The notes under the pieces: model-generated
Told to the model about the DNA's origin: nothing
Databases searched by the model: none
Seen by the model: only the letters and a program-made list of their open reading frames with translations
In this document: positions 38,827-48,820 of the stretch, piece after piece
Layout: every line of letters begins with the position of its first letter
How positions within the stretch are numbered: the stretch's first letter is position 1
Assembly: GCA_963790305.1 (NCBI GenBank)
Contig: CAWBOC010000002.1
Location: forward strand, 184,915-248,914
Reading direction: 5' to 3'
DNA length: 64,000 nucleotides
Origin: an uncultured Gemmatimonadaceae bacterium
Lineage (GTDB): Bacteria > Gemmatimonadota > Gemmatimonadetes > Gemmatimonadales > Gemmatimonadaceae
Translations under genes and position numbers: made by a program

Positions 38827-38930
38827 GAGGGTGTCGAGGGTGTCGAGGGTGTCGAGGTCGTCGAGGTGATCGAGGGAACGTCGTTGCCTCTCCTCGATCA
38901 CCTCGACGACCTCGACACCCTCGACACCCT
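38827..38930. repeat. Inverted tandem-nonamer palindrome, (GAGGGTGTC)n
   Basis: Left gagggtgtc x3, gaggtcgtc, gaggtgatc, loop gagggaac; right arm repeats the variants in mirror order; between convergent genes. Confidence 0.93.
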
Positions 38931-39854
38931 TTAGCCTCTCACCGGCGTCAGCACGATGTTGCGATACTCGACGACGCCGTGGTCGCCCTGGAGCATGAGC
39001 GGCCCGGGCGCACCTTCATCGCTGTCGAGCGCCCCACCGGTGATGCCGGGAATTTCCTGATTGGAGATCACCGTCTTTCCGTTCAGCACGATGGTGACCA
39101 TCCGACCGAGCAGCGTGATGTCATACGACTGCCACTCGTCAGGCTTCCGGTTGGCGATCTCGCTTGGCGAGAGGAATCCGTAGACAGAGCCAAGCAGATC
39201 GTTCACCGGTTCCGCCGGAACGCTGTCGGCAATCTGGACCTCGTATCGCCCGCGCAGGTAGATGCCGCTGTTGCTGCCCTTGGGATAGCGGAATTCGACG
39301 TGCAGCTTGAAGTCGCCGAAGGATCGGTCGGTGACGAGGTTGCCGCCTGACCCGCCGTTCCGAAGCACTCCGTTGACGCCCTGCCAGCGATTCTCACCGC
39401 CGATCACACGCCAACCCGAGATGTCGGTCCCGTTGAACAGGCGGACAGCCGGGCCCCACTGCGGCGGCGATGTACGTCGCAGCGCAGGCGCGCGCCTCGC
39501 GGTCCAGCTGAATTGCTTGCCATCCGGGTAGGTGACCGAACCGGACAGCTGATTGCCCTGCAGCGTGCCTGTGAACGAAAGGTCGCCTTCGCCTTGCTCC
39601 CACTGCGGAGGAATGGCGAAGCGGATGGCGCCGTTGTTGAAGTCGATGCGCGCGATTGGCCGCGAGCTTCCAACCTCTCCGACCATGCGTCCGACGAGCA
39701 TCGCGCGCCCCGACGGCCGGATCTCGAGCCAGGACGGCACGGTCGACGTGCCCTTTTGAATTGTGATGTCCCACCGCCCGACGACGGCTTCGCGAGCCCG
39801 CGACTGACCGTTAGGCAGTGCGAGAGCGATGAGAAGGATAGCGGGTCGCCACAT
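38931..39854 (-). CDS. DUF1080 (3-keto-disaccharide hydrolase-like) exported protein
   Basis: LFNGTDISGW, FGDFKLHVEF, SNSGIYLRGRYEVQI, LQGDHG..YRNI. Confidence 0.9.
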   Translation of the reverse strand: MWRPAILLIALALPNGQSRAREAVVGRWDITIQKGTSTVPSWLEIRPSGRAMLVGRMVGEVGSSRPIARIDFNNGAIRFAIPPQWEQGEGDLSFTGTLQGNQLSGSVTYPDGKQFSWTARRAPALRRTSPPQWGPAVRLFNGTDISGWRVIGGENRWQGVNGVLRNGGSGGNLVTDRSFGDFKLHVEFRYPKGSNSGIYLRGRYEVQIADSVPAEPVNDLLGSVYGFLSPSEIANRKPDEWQSYDITLLGRMVTIVLNGKTVISNQEIPGITGGALDSDEGAPGPLMLQGDHGVVEYRNIVLTPVRG

Positions 39855-39903
39855 TTGCTATTACTCCACGGTTTATGGATTTCCTTGCAAGGGCCTTAGT
39901 GCG

Positions 39904-40003
39904 GAACCACAGAGGCACCGAGGACACAGAGGACAACAACTGCAAATGCTTTGAAGAAACCGCCCAGTGGCAGTTCTCGGTGTCCTCGGTGCCTCTGTGG
40001 TTC
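39904..40003. repeat. Inverted tandem-repeat palindrome, (GAGGACACA/GAGGCACC)n
   Basis: gaaccacagaggcaccgaggacacagag ... ctcggtgtcctcggtgcctctgtggttc. Confidence 0.9.
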
Positions 40004-40028
40004 TGCCGTTCGGCTCGTAGCGCGACAG

Positions 40029-40319
40029 TTAGTGAGGCGTGATGATCCGCCCCGGGGGCTCAACGCGCGATGGGTCGGGCACTGAACGCTCACCCAACGC
40101 GCGCGTGAGAAACCGCTGTCCCTCCCCAATCCGCTCGACCTCGAGCGCCGTCACGTCGACCGCCCGCTCAATGCGCTCCAGACGCTCGATGACTTCGGGA
40201 GGGAGCGCCGGCGTGCCGCGAGGCCGACGTAGCCACGTGAGCACGATCCTGGTCCCGGCGATCATCGTCGCCATCGTGCCGATGAACGTGAGGAAGAACT
40301 TGAATTCTTCGGTGCTCAT
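40029..40319 (-). CDS. Small membrane-anchored coiled-coil hypothetical protein
   Basis: N-terminal TM, ERLERIERAVDVTALEVERIGEGQRFLTRAL, terminal ITPH. Confidence 0.78.
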   Translation of the reverse strand: MSTEEFKFFLTFIGTMATMIAGTRIVLTWLRRPRGTPALPPEVIERLERIERAVDVTALEVERIGEGQRFLTRALGERSVPDPSRVEPPGRIITPH

Positions 40320-40335
40320 GAGCCCTCGCGTGAAT

Positions 40336-41103
40336 CTATCTGGCCGCCTCCGACGCCCGCGCCACGAACGCCCGCACACGGGCCTCGTCGGTCTCCTCCC
40401 ACGCACCTTCGTCGTCAGGAAGAAGCTTTCGAAGCAGTATCGCATCGTTCGCGGGCGACAGCGTCGTATGCCGCAGCTTCGTTCCGCGAACGTGAATCTC
40501 GCGCACGCCGCTTCGGCGCACGACCTCAGCTACATTCTCCTCTCGAATCCCGCCGCCCGCAACCACGATCAGGCGAGATCCCGCCGCCTCGACGATCGAG
40601 CCGATTTCATCGGCGCCCAGGAGTGCGGTCCGTGATCCTCCTGAGGTCAGCACACGGGTGACGCCGGCGCCCGCCAAGGCGTCGAGCGCCTCGTATCGGT
40701 CGCGGACGAGATCGAACGCGCGGTGAAAGGTCACCGGCAGACCCCCGGATGCGTCGATCAGCGCCCGCGTTCGAGGCAGATCGACACGGGCGTCCGGCTG
40801 CAGCGCACCCACCACGACACCATCGGCGCCGAGCGTCACCGCCACCTCGGCATCGCGTCGCATGACATCCGCCTCGGCGTCGGAGTACACGAACCCGCCG
40901 CCGCGAGGACGAAGGATGACGAACACGGGGATGCGCACGGCCGCCTTGACGGCGGCGATCATCCCCGCGCTCGGCGTCGTGCCACCGTCGAACAGTGCGT
41001 CACACAGCTCCAGGCGGTGTGCGCCCCCGCGTTCGGCGGCGATCGCCGACTCGACTGAATCGACGCAGGCCTCGACAAGAATGGCTGATGACGCTGCGTT
41101 CAT
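40336..41103 (-). CDS. cutC: CutC family protein
   Basis: EACVDS, GAHRLELC..GGTTPS, RPRGGGFVY, TFHRAFD, RVLTSGG, AGGGI. Confidence 0.95.
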   Translation of the reverse strand: MNAASSAILVEACVDSVESAIAAERGGAHRLELCDALFDGGTTPSAGMIAAVKAAVRIPVFVILRPRGGGFVYSDAEADVMRRDAEVAVTLGADGVVVGALQPDARVDLPRTRALIDASGGLPVTFHRAFDLVRDRYEALDALAGAGVTRVLTSGGSRTALLGADEIGSIVEAAGSRLIVVAGGGIREENVAEVVRRSGVREIHVRGTKLRHTTLSPANDAILLRKLLPDDEGAWEETDEARVRAFVARASEAAR

Positions 41104-41117
41104 GAGGGGTTTGGCAG

Positions 41118-41156
41118 AAAAGAAAGGCCCTCGCGTATGCGCGCGAGGGCCCTTCG
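41118..41156 (-). terminator. Rho-independent terminator
   Basis: Minus strand AAGGGCCCTCGCG-loop-CGCGAGGGCCTTTCTTTT, just after the 41177 stop. Confidence 0.75.
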
Positions 41157-41176
41157 TTCCGAGCTGCTGAAATCGG

Positions 41177-41818
41177 TCAGGGCGTAGCGGTCGCCTTGAG
41201 CCTCGCGCCCGCGTATGCGTCCCACGTCATAAGACCGACGAAATACGTTCCGGCCGCGGGATTGGCGAAGTTGCAGACTTCGGTGTTTCCGGCGTTCTCG
41301 GATGCGCAGATGTTCGTTCCCGTTGTCGGAACCCCATTGCGGTTGATAAACATGTCGACGTCACCGCTGCCTCCGCTGATCGTGATCGTGAGATTCGTCT
41401 TCCCAGCGGGAACAACGATCTTGCGATACGCGAAGGTGAAGCGAGGGGTGCTCGCGGCGATTGTGACCGAGTCGCCGAGCGCCAACGCCGGCACGGCGAC
41501 GACCGTGATGCTCGAGGAGCGTTTGGCGCCGCTGGGGCCGGTGGCGGTAATGGCCGCGAATCCGGGGGCGAGGGCGGACACCAGCCCCTGCGCGTTGACA
41601 CTTGCCACGGTCGGGGCTGAGCTCTCCCATGTGACTGCTACGGGATCACCGTTGAACGTCGCGACGAGGCGAAGCGTATCGGTCTCTGGCACGCCTCTGA
41701 AGGGCGGATTTACCTCGAGACCAGGCGGCTCGAGTGCCGTCGGGTCCTCATCATCACAGCCAACGAGAATGCCGGCGAGCAGCGCGCAGGTCAGAGCGAA
41801 GGCAGAACGAGGCATCAT
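41177..41818 (-). CDS. Lipoprotein with Ig-like (Big_2) and PPC domains
   Basis: Lipobox LVGC; VTWESSAPTVASVNAQGLV; ISGGSGDVDMF..C..AGNTEVC..PAAGTYFV. Confidence 0.85.
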   Translation of the reverse strand: MMPRSAFALTCALLAGILVGCDDEDPTALEPPGLEVNPPFRGVPETDTLRLVATFNGDPVAVTWESSAPTVASVNAQGLVSALAPGFAAITATGPSGAKRSSSITVVAVPALALGDSVTIAASTPRFTFAYRKIVVPAGKTNLTITISGGSGDVDMFINRNGVPTTGTNICASENAGNTEVCNFANPAAGTYFVGLMTWDAYAGARLKATATP

Positions 41819-41964
41819 CAGGAAGGCTCCAGTGAAGTAGTTGCCCCGGGGCGCGTCGTCCGACCGGCGTCGGGGCGCCGAGAGGTGAGGGTGCCCAAAG
41901 TATGTTTTTTGTCAACGAAGGGCAACCCAATTGTTAGGGGGAAGTTGGCTCGCCGGGTCTGACC

Positions 41965-42765
41965 TCAGGAAGCCGGGCCCTCCCCCAGGGCCTCAGGGTC
42001 GGCTGCGATCTCCCGGACGGCGCACTCGTGGATCACCGTCGCCGGCCAGTCGGGGTCGTATCGCTCGGCGCTCAGCATCCGCTCGAGCGTTAGCCGCTTC
42101 CCCGGGCTCCAGACGATCATGATCGCTTCCTTCGCCGAGGCGATCGTCGCGATACCCACGCTTACCCCGTGGCGCGGCACTGCCGCCAACGTCCCGAAGG
42201 CTGGGAAAGTCAGGAGGTTGTCCCGACGAGTCTCCTCCGAGAGCGGGATGACCCTGGTGCGGCTCTCCCGCGGACTGCCGGGCGGATTGAAGGCCACGTG
42301 CCCATCGCTGGCGCCGGACGCCAGCAGGAAGAGGTCGACTCCGCCGGCGTCGGCGATCCGTGTGTCGTACGCCTGAGGCTCGGCGGGATCGGGAAACCAG
42401 ATCGACTCCTCGCCCACTCGATGCGCAGGCGGCAATCCGGCGTTCAATCGCTCCGCGATCTCGACGCGGGCGAAGTAGTGGCAGCTCCAGGGATGGGACG
42501 CTGATGCGTACGTCAACGTTCCCTCACCGGGTACGAGGTACTCGTCCATCATCAGGAGCACGAGATGGCTGAGGTCCTGCTTCGTTTCGGCGACCCGGCG
42601 AGCCATTGCCGCGAACACCGGCCGCGGGGTGCGCCCGGTGGGACACCCGAGGAGAAAGCGGGACTTCGTTAGGCGCGCCTGCTCGATTCGCGCGAGCAGC
42701 CGTTCGGCGACCGCATCGCCGAGCGCGGTCGGCGACGGGAAGACGCGCAGCGGTGTCCGGGCCAT
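41965..42765 (-). CDS. NagB/6-phosphogluconolactonase-fold sugar-phosphate isomerase/deaminase-like protein
   Basis: GCPTGRTP, MDEY, GASDGHVAFNPPG, TRRDN, VSVGIATI. Confidence 0.85.
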   Translation of the reverse strand: MARTPLRVFPSPTALGDAVAERLLARIEQARLTKSRFLLGCPTGRTPRPVFAAMARRVAETKQDLSHLVLLMMDEYLVPGEGTLTYASASHPWSCHYFARVEIAERLNAGLPPAHRVGEESIWFPDPAEPQAYDTRIADAGGVDLFLLASGASDGHVAFNPPGSPRESRTRVIPLSEETRRDNLLTFPAFGTLAAVPRHGVSVGIATIASAKEAIMIVWSPGKRLTLERMLSAERYDPDWPATVIHECAVREIAADPEALGEGPAS

Positions 42766-42778
42766 GGGGGCGTTCGTA

Positions 42779-43681
42779 TCAGGCCACGGGGTGAAGGAAG
42801 AGAGCGGCCGCACCGACCGTTCCCTCCCACCCGTGGAATGAGGATCCGACGATGCGGACTCGGTGCCGGTGGTCGGGCGCGGCATGCTCCTGATAGCTCG
42901 CGCGCGCCGGCTCGAGCAGCAGGGGCCCCGCCGCGGCCAATCCTCCGCCAACGACGATCGTCTCAGGCGCGAACAGCGGCGAAAGCGACGCCAGCCCGAG
43001 CCCCAGCCACCACCCCGTCTCGGCCAGCGCGGTGACGGCGTCCTTGTCCCCCGACTGAGCGCTGGCAATCACATCGCGAACGGGGCGCCCGCGCGCGCGT
43101 GCTGATAGGGCGCCGGACGAGACCAACGCTTCCAGGCAGCCGCGCGCGCCACAGGAGCAGGGTGGACCCTTCGGATCGAGGATGATGTGCCCGATGTCCC
43201 CGGCGCATTCGCCCGTGTGTCGCACGAGCGCCCCGTCGATGATGACGCCACCCCCGAAACCGGTCCCGAGCGTCACGCCTAACAGCCGCCCCACTCCCTG
43301 ACCGGCGCCGTAGCGGTACTCGGCGACGACCGCCGCGTTCGAGTCGACCTCGAGGCGGCAGTCCATCGCGAACCGCTCCTCGAGAGCGCGGCGGAGAGGA
43401 AAGCCGCATAATGCGCGGAGGTTCGCGTTCTCGACCATCGCCGAGCGATCAGGGTCGAGAAAGCCCGCCACTGACACGCCGATGCCTAACGGCGTGGATC
43501 GCTTGGCCTCGAGGGCGTGGAGCATTGGCCCAAGGGCCGACGCGATCGCGGACACGAGGGGCAGGGGATCTCCGGCCGGGCCAGTGGAAACGGTCGCGCG
43601 CTCCCTGATGTGACCGCCGTCGCCGACGATCCCGATCTTGGTCCTCGTCCCGCCAATGTCGACCGCCGCCGCCAGCCGCAT
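42779..43681 (-). CDS. ROK-family sugar kinase
   Basis: VDIGGT, DSNAA, TLGTGFGGG, GDIGH, CSCGARGCLE. Confidence 0.93.
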   Translation of the reverse strand: MRLAAAVDIGGTRTKIGIVGDGGHIRERATVSTGPAGDPLPLVSAIASALGPMLHALEAKRSTPLGIGVSVAGFLDPDRSAMVENANLRALCGFPLRRALEERFAMDCRLEVDSNAAVVAEYRYGAGQGVGRLLGVTLGTGFGGGVIIDGALVRHTGECAGDIGHIILDPKGPPCSCGARGCLEALVSSGALSARARGRPVRDVIASAQSGDKDAVTALAETGWWLGLGLASLSPLFAPETIVVGGGLAAAGPLLLEPARASYQEHAAPDHRHRVRIVGSSFHGWEGTVGAAALFLHPVA

Positions 43682-44788
43682 TCAGAGCGCTGCCTCCGCC
43701 AATGCCGGCTGCTTCCACAGGTCGATGGGCTTGGCAATTCCCGTCGGGCGGAATGGCAGCGTGATCTTCCGCCCCAGTCCTGCCGATGCGTAGGCGGCGT
43801 AAAGGACCTCCTGCACGACGCGTCCCGTCTCCCCGTCCGAGATGGGCGTCTCCGTGCCCCGAACGCAGCGCGCGAAGTGCCGCATCTCCTGCGGAAACCC
43901 GTAGTTCCAATGCTCCTCGAACACTGGATAGGTCCAGCCTCTCGTCGAGGACGCCTTCTCCACCGCATACCCGAATCCCACCTCTGAATAGGTGGGGAGC
44001 GCGTTGCCCATCAGCATGTCGGCATACGTCTGTCCTTTGGCGCCGAACACCTCGATGGAGTCGTCCATTCCGCCGGGCCGGTTCCAGCTGTTCTCGACCA
44101 CGCCGACCGCGCCACCGTCGAACTCGATGATCGTGACCGCCTCGTCGTCGCCTGACGTGCGCCCGCTGTGCACCTGCGTAGAGAGCTGCGCGTACACGCT
44201 TCTCACCTTGGGTTTGCCGAGAAACCACCAGCAGAAGGCGATGCCGTGGCAGCCGAGGTCCATGAGCGCACCGCCGCCGGACTGCTCGACGTCCCAGAAC
44301 CAGTCGGAGTGAGGTCCGGAGTGCTTCTCGCTCTGCTTCACCAGGTGGATTCGCCCGAATGCGCCCTCGTCCGCCATCTGCTTCGCCTTCACGTATTTCG
44401 GGGCGAAGAAGAGCTCCTCGGCGTAGAGGAGCAGCACCCCGGCCTTCGCGCACGCATCGATCATCGCGTCGGCTTCCTCGAGCGTGATGCAGAGCGGCTT
44501 CTCGCAGATGACGTGCTTCCCGGCGCGTGCGGCGTCGATCGTTATGCGGGCGTGCAGGCGATTCGGCGCGGTGATCGAGACCATCTCGACTACGGGGTCG
44601 CGCACCATCTCTCGATAGTCGCCGTACGCCTTCGGGATGCCGTGGCGGCGTGCGAACGCTTCGGCGTTCCCCGGCGTGGGTGACGCGACCGCGATGACTT
44701 CCGCTTCCTCCGGCATGGCGCGCACCGAGGCGGCAATGCACTCCGCCTGAAACCGGGAGCCGACGATTCCAATTCTTACCTTGGACAC
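43682..44788 (-). CDS. Gfo/Idh/MocA-family oxidoreductase
   Basis: IGIVGS, PNRLH, GKHVICEKP, GGGALMDLGCH; start GTG estimated. Confidence 0.92.
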   Translation of the reverse strand: MSKVRIGIVGSRFQAECIAASVRAMPEEAEVIAVASPTPGNAEAFARRHGIPKAYGDYREMVRDPVVEMVSITAPNRLHARITIDAARAGKHVICEKPLCITLEEADAMIDACAKAGVLLLYAEELFFAPKYVKAKQMADEGAFGRIHLVKQSEKHSGPHSDWFWDVEQSGGGALMDLGCHGIAFCWWFLGKPKVRSVYAQLSTQVHSGRTSGDDEAVTIIEFDGGAVGVVENSWNRPGGMDDSIEVFGAKGQTYADMLMGNALPTYSEVGFGYAVEKASSTRGWTYPVFEEHWNYGFPQEMRHFARCVRGTETPISDGETGRVVQEVLYAAYASAGLGRKITLPFRPTGIAKPIDLWKQPALAEAAL

Positions 44789-44804
44789 GACGCGTGGGCG
44801 CGGG

Positions 44805-45416
<612 letters not shown>

Positions 45417-45526
45417 GACGGCCCGAAAGGTGGAGGCCCATCGCGCTACCGGCTAGAGTTGAGGATGCCTGGCAGCGAGGGATCCGATCCCTGATTCCTG
45501 CTCCCGCGCTCCGACGACAAGACCGC

Positions 45527-46378
45527 ATGCTCATTCATCTCCTCGACGGCACGTACGAGCTGTTCCGCCACTTCTACGGTCTTCGCCGCTTCACCAAGGA
45601 AGACCGTCCCTTCGGCGCCGTCGTCGGCGTGCTCAACACCGTGCTTCAGATGATCGAGGGTGGCGGAACTCACTTCGGTGTCGCGACCGATCATGTCATC
45701 GAGTCCTTCCGCAACGCCCTTTGGGCCGACTACAAGACTGGCGAAGGCATCGAGCCCAACCTGCTCGCGCAGTTCCACCCGCTCGAGGAAGCGCTCGCGC
45801 TGATGGGAGTAGCGGTGTGGCCGATGATCGAGCTCGAGGCGGATGACGGGCTCGCGTCAGCGGCGTACATCGCTGCCGGGGATCCGAACGTTCAGAAAGT
45901 GTGCATCTGGACGCCGGACAAGGATCTGTCGCAGTGCGTGGTTGGGGACCGGGTGGTGCAGGTGGATCAGAAGGGAAAGCGGATTCGCGACGAGGCCGCC
46001 GTGCGTGAGAAGTTCGGCGTGCAGCCGACGCAGATCCCCGACTACCTCGCACTCGTCGGCGACTCGGCCGACGGGTATCCGGGAATTCCCGGGATCGGGC
46101 CCACCACGGCCGCGCAGCTCCTCAACCGCCACGGCTCGATCGAAAACTTCCCGCCTACCGTCCTCGGCGACCGTCACGAGCTTGCGCTGCTGTTCAAGCA
46201 GCTCGCGACGCTCAGGACCGATGCGCCGCTCTTCGACAGTGTGGAGGAGCTACGGTGGCGCGGGCCGACGAGCGGATTCGCGGAGTTTGCCCAGCGCATC
46301 GGGAACGAACGCCTGCTGGAGCGATGTCTTCGCGCGGCCGCGATGGATTCTTCGTTGCCTTCGCCAGGTCCCGTATGA
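45527..46378 (+). CDS. Stand-alone 5'-3' exonuclease / flap endonuclease
   Basis: LLDG, FRNALWADYK, EADD, DKDL, YLALVGDSADGYPGIPGIGPTTA (H3TH). Confidence 0.93.
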   Translation: MLIHLLDGTYELFRHFYGLRRFTKEDRPFGAVVGVLNTVLQMIEGGGTHFGVATDHVIESFRNALWADYKTGEGIEPNLLAQFHPLEEALALMGVAVWPMIELEADDGLASAAYIAAGDPNVQKVCIWTPDKDLSQCVVGDRVVQVDQKGKRIRDEAAVREKFGVQPTQIPDYLALVGDSADGYPGIPGIGPTTAAQLLNRHGSIENFPPTVLGDRHELALLFKQLATLRTDAPLFDSVEELRWRGPTSGFAEFAQRIGNERLLERCLRAAAMDSSLPSPGPV

Positions 46379-46405
46379 CACCCCCGCGAGGCGGGGAGGA
46401 CAAAA

Positions 46406-46440
46406 GCAACGGCATTGACCTCTGCGGTAAATGCCGTTGC
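46406..46440. terminator. Hairpin between convergent genes, followed by degenerate TTGCGG repeats
   Basis: GCAACGGCATT ... AATGCCGTTGC 11-bp stem; downstream gttgcggctacttgcggcgattggcgg to ~46490. Confidence 0.5.
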
Positions 46441-46514
46441 CGTTGCAGTCTATTGCAGGCGTTGCGGCTACTTGCGGCGATTGGCGGTTCCCAAGCCACT
46501 TACAAGAACCAGGC

Positions 46515-47972
46515 TTACCCTCGCGAAATATCGACCGCAATCCCGCGCCACTTGCCCTGCCGGAACCTCGCCACGCTCAGGGCACAACGAGTCGCGTGAC
46601 CGATGAGGATCGCGATCCAGATGTGCAGCGGCTGCAACGTGCCGGTCCGCTGAATGACGAAGCAGATGCCTAACGGCACTATGATCTGCGAGATGATCGA
46701 GATGTACAGCGGACTCTTGGTGTCCCCCGTGCCCTGGAGCCCGCCGGTGTACGTGAGCGCGACGGCGATGAAGATGCCCGAGAGGCTCAGGATGCGAAGC
46801 AACTGGGATCCGATCTCGACGACCACCGGCTCGTTCATGCCGAACACGGCCAGGAGCTGACCCGGCGCAAAGAGAAAGAACACGCCAATGAACCCGGCGC
46901 CCGCGATCGCGATGTGCGCCGCCACGTGGACGGCGTGATCCGCCCGATCGGGCTTGCCTGCGCCGAGATTCTGGCCGGCGACCGCGGCCGCGGCGCCCAT
47001 CAGTCCGATGGACGTCCAGGTGATGAGCGAGAACAGCTGGCCATATCCCACGGCGAACGCCGCCTGGGCGGCGGCGCTCTGCGCGAGCGATCCGATGAAC
47101 GCGAGCATCAGCACTCCGCCGATGTTCATCGCGATCCCCTGAATGCCGGTCGGAAGGCCAAAGCGGAACAACGCTCGGATGATCGACCAGTCGGGGCCGA
47201 AGCGGTGGCCTCGAGGAAACGACACCACCCATCCACCGCGCCACAGCTTTACCATCGCGTACAGCGCGACGAGGCCGGACGCGATGCAGGTCCCGATGGC
47301 CGACCCCGCGGTTCCGAAGGCGGGAATCGGTCCCAGCCCGCGGATGAACACGATGTTGAGCACGAGATTGAGCACCGTCATCACCACGCCGAGGACCATC
47401 GGGGTCCGGGCGTCGCCAGCGGCGCGCAGTGCTCCGCTCAACATGTAGAACACCATCATGCCGCTGCTGAACAGGAACATGATGCGGAGAAACGGGAGCG
47501 CCTCCGCCTTCACTGCGGGGGTGGCGTTCACGAGGTCCAGCAGCGATGGGGCGAAGGCATACCCGAGCGGCGCCATGACGAGGAGCGACAGCCCGATCGC
47601 CGTCAGGAACGCCTGGTAGACGGTCTTGTCTACCTTGGCCTCCTCGCCCGCTCCGGCGAACCGGGCCACGAGGACGCTCATTCCTGTAAAGAGCGAGTTA
47701 ATAAAGACGATAACGACGATAAAAATCTGTAGAGCCACCCCGATCGCCGCATTTCCGGTGTACCCTACCAGATGCCCGACGAGGGCGTGATCGACGATGC
47801 CCTGGAGCCCGCCGATGATGTTCGTCAGCATCGTCGGCCAGGCGAGCTTCCATACGACTGGCCGCAGCGGCCCCTCGATGATCGAACGGTCGTACCGCCG
47901 GCCCCCCGGCGGGGCTGGCGGCAGCGGCGCGCCGACCGGGGCGGGGGTTGGAGTCGTCGAGGCTGAGCTCAA
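46515..47972 (-). CDS. MATE-family efflux transporter
   Basis: KLAWP, LRAAGDARTPM, GTAGSAIGT, GQNLGAG, GLQGTGDTKSP; ~12 TMs. Confidence 0.94.
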   Translation of the reverse strand: MSSASTTPTPAPVGAPLPPAPPGGRRYDRSIIEGPLRPVVWKLAWPTMLTNIIGGLQGIVDHALVGHLVGYTGNAAIGVALQIFIVVIVFINSLFTGMSVLVARFAGAGEEAKVDKTVYQAFLTAIGLSLLVMAPLGYAFAPSLLDLVNATPAVKAEALPFLRIMFLFSSGMMVFYMLSGALRAAGDARTPMVLGVVMTVLNLVLNIVFIRGLGPIPAFGTAGSAIGTCIASGLVALYAMVKLWRGGWVVSFPRGHRFGPDWSIIRALFRFGLPTGIQGIAMNIGGVLMLAFIGSLAQSAAAQAAFAVGYGQLFSLITWTSIGLMGAAAAVAGQNLGAGKPDRADHAVHVAAHIAIAGAGFIGVFFLFAPGQLLAVFGMNEPVVVEIGSQLLRILSLSGIFIAVALTYTGGLQGTGDTKSPLYISIISQIIVPLGICFVIQRTGTLQPLHIWIAILIGHATRCALSVARFRQGKWRGIAVDISRG

Positions 47973-48137
47973 TGGACCTGGGCGTGTCTACCGTGGTACA
48001 ACGCGGGGGCGTAAACCGGCACTAAGGTAACCTCGGATTTGGTCAGCCGGGCAGCACCCACACAAAGCTCTGGCAAAACTGCAGGTTCCAGGAGAACTTA
48101 GGACGCGGCCCCGCCGCTCCCCAATAGCACTCATCGA

Positions 48138-48803
48138 ATGACACCATCACACTGTCGCGCGGTCATCGCCGTCATTGTCGCCGTCGCGACGTCGGCTTGC
48201 GCCACAACCACTCAGTCCGCGGGTGCCGTCCCGTCGCCCGCGCGCGATAGCGCAGCGATCGCGCAGGCGAGAGCCGATAGCGCGCGAAAGCCGTACACGG
48301 CGGCGGACATTCATTTCATGTCGGCCATGATCGCGCACCACGCCCAGGCCATCGACATTGCCCGCTGGGCGCCGACGCACGGTGCGAGCCGTCCGCTCCA
48401 GATCCTCTCCGAGCGGGTGATCAACGCGCAGCGCGATGAGATCGCCCTCATGCAGCAGTGGCTTCGCGAGCGTCGACTCCCGGTGCCGGAGGCGAGCGCG
48501 ACGATGACGATGGGTGGCGCAGGGCATCTCCACCACCAGATGCCGGGCATGCTCACTCCAGAGCAGCTGCAGCAGCTGGATCAGGCGCGGGACAAAGAGT
48601 TCGACCGGCTCTTTCTGACCTTCATGATCCAGCATCACCAGGGCGCCGTCACCATGGTGAAAGAGCTCGCCAGCTCCCAGGGTGCCGGCCTCGACGATAC
48701 CGTATTCAAGCTCGCGTCCGATATCAGCGCTGACCAAACGAGCGAGATCGACCGCATGCAGCAGATGCTCGCCGAGCTGATGTTCGGACCTCAATCCCCC
48801 TGA
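48138..48803 (+). CDS. DUF305 (ferritin-like) lipoprotein
   Basis: DIHFMSAMIAHHAQA, Q..EI..M, FLTFMIQHHQGA. Confidence 0.92.
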   Translation: MTPSHCRAVIAVIVAVATSACATTTQSAGAVPSPARDSAAIAQARADSARKPYTAADIHFMSAMIAHHAQAIDIARWAPTHGASRPLQILSERVINAQRDEIALMQQWLRERRLPVPEASATMTMGGAGHLHHQMPGMLTPEQLQQLDQARDKEFDRLFLTFMIQHHQGAVTMVKELASSQGAGLDDTVFKLASDISADQTSEIDRMQQMLAELMFGPQSP

Positions 48804-48820
48804 CCCACGAGGAGTCGATC

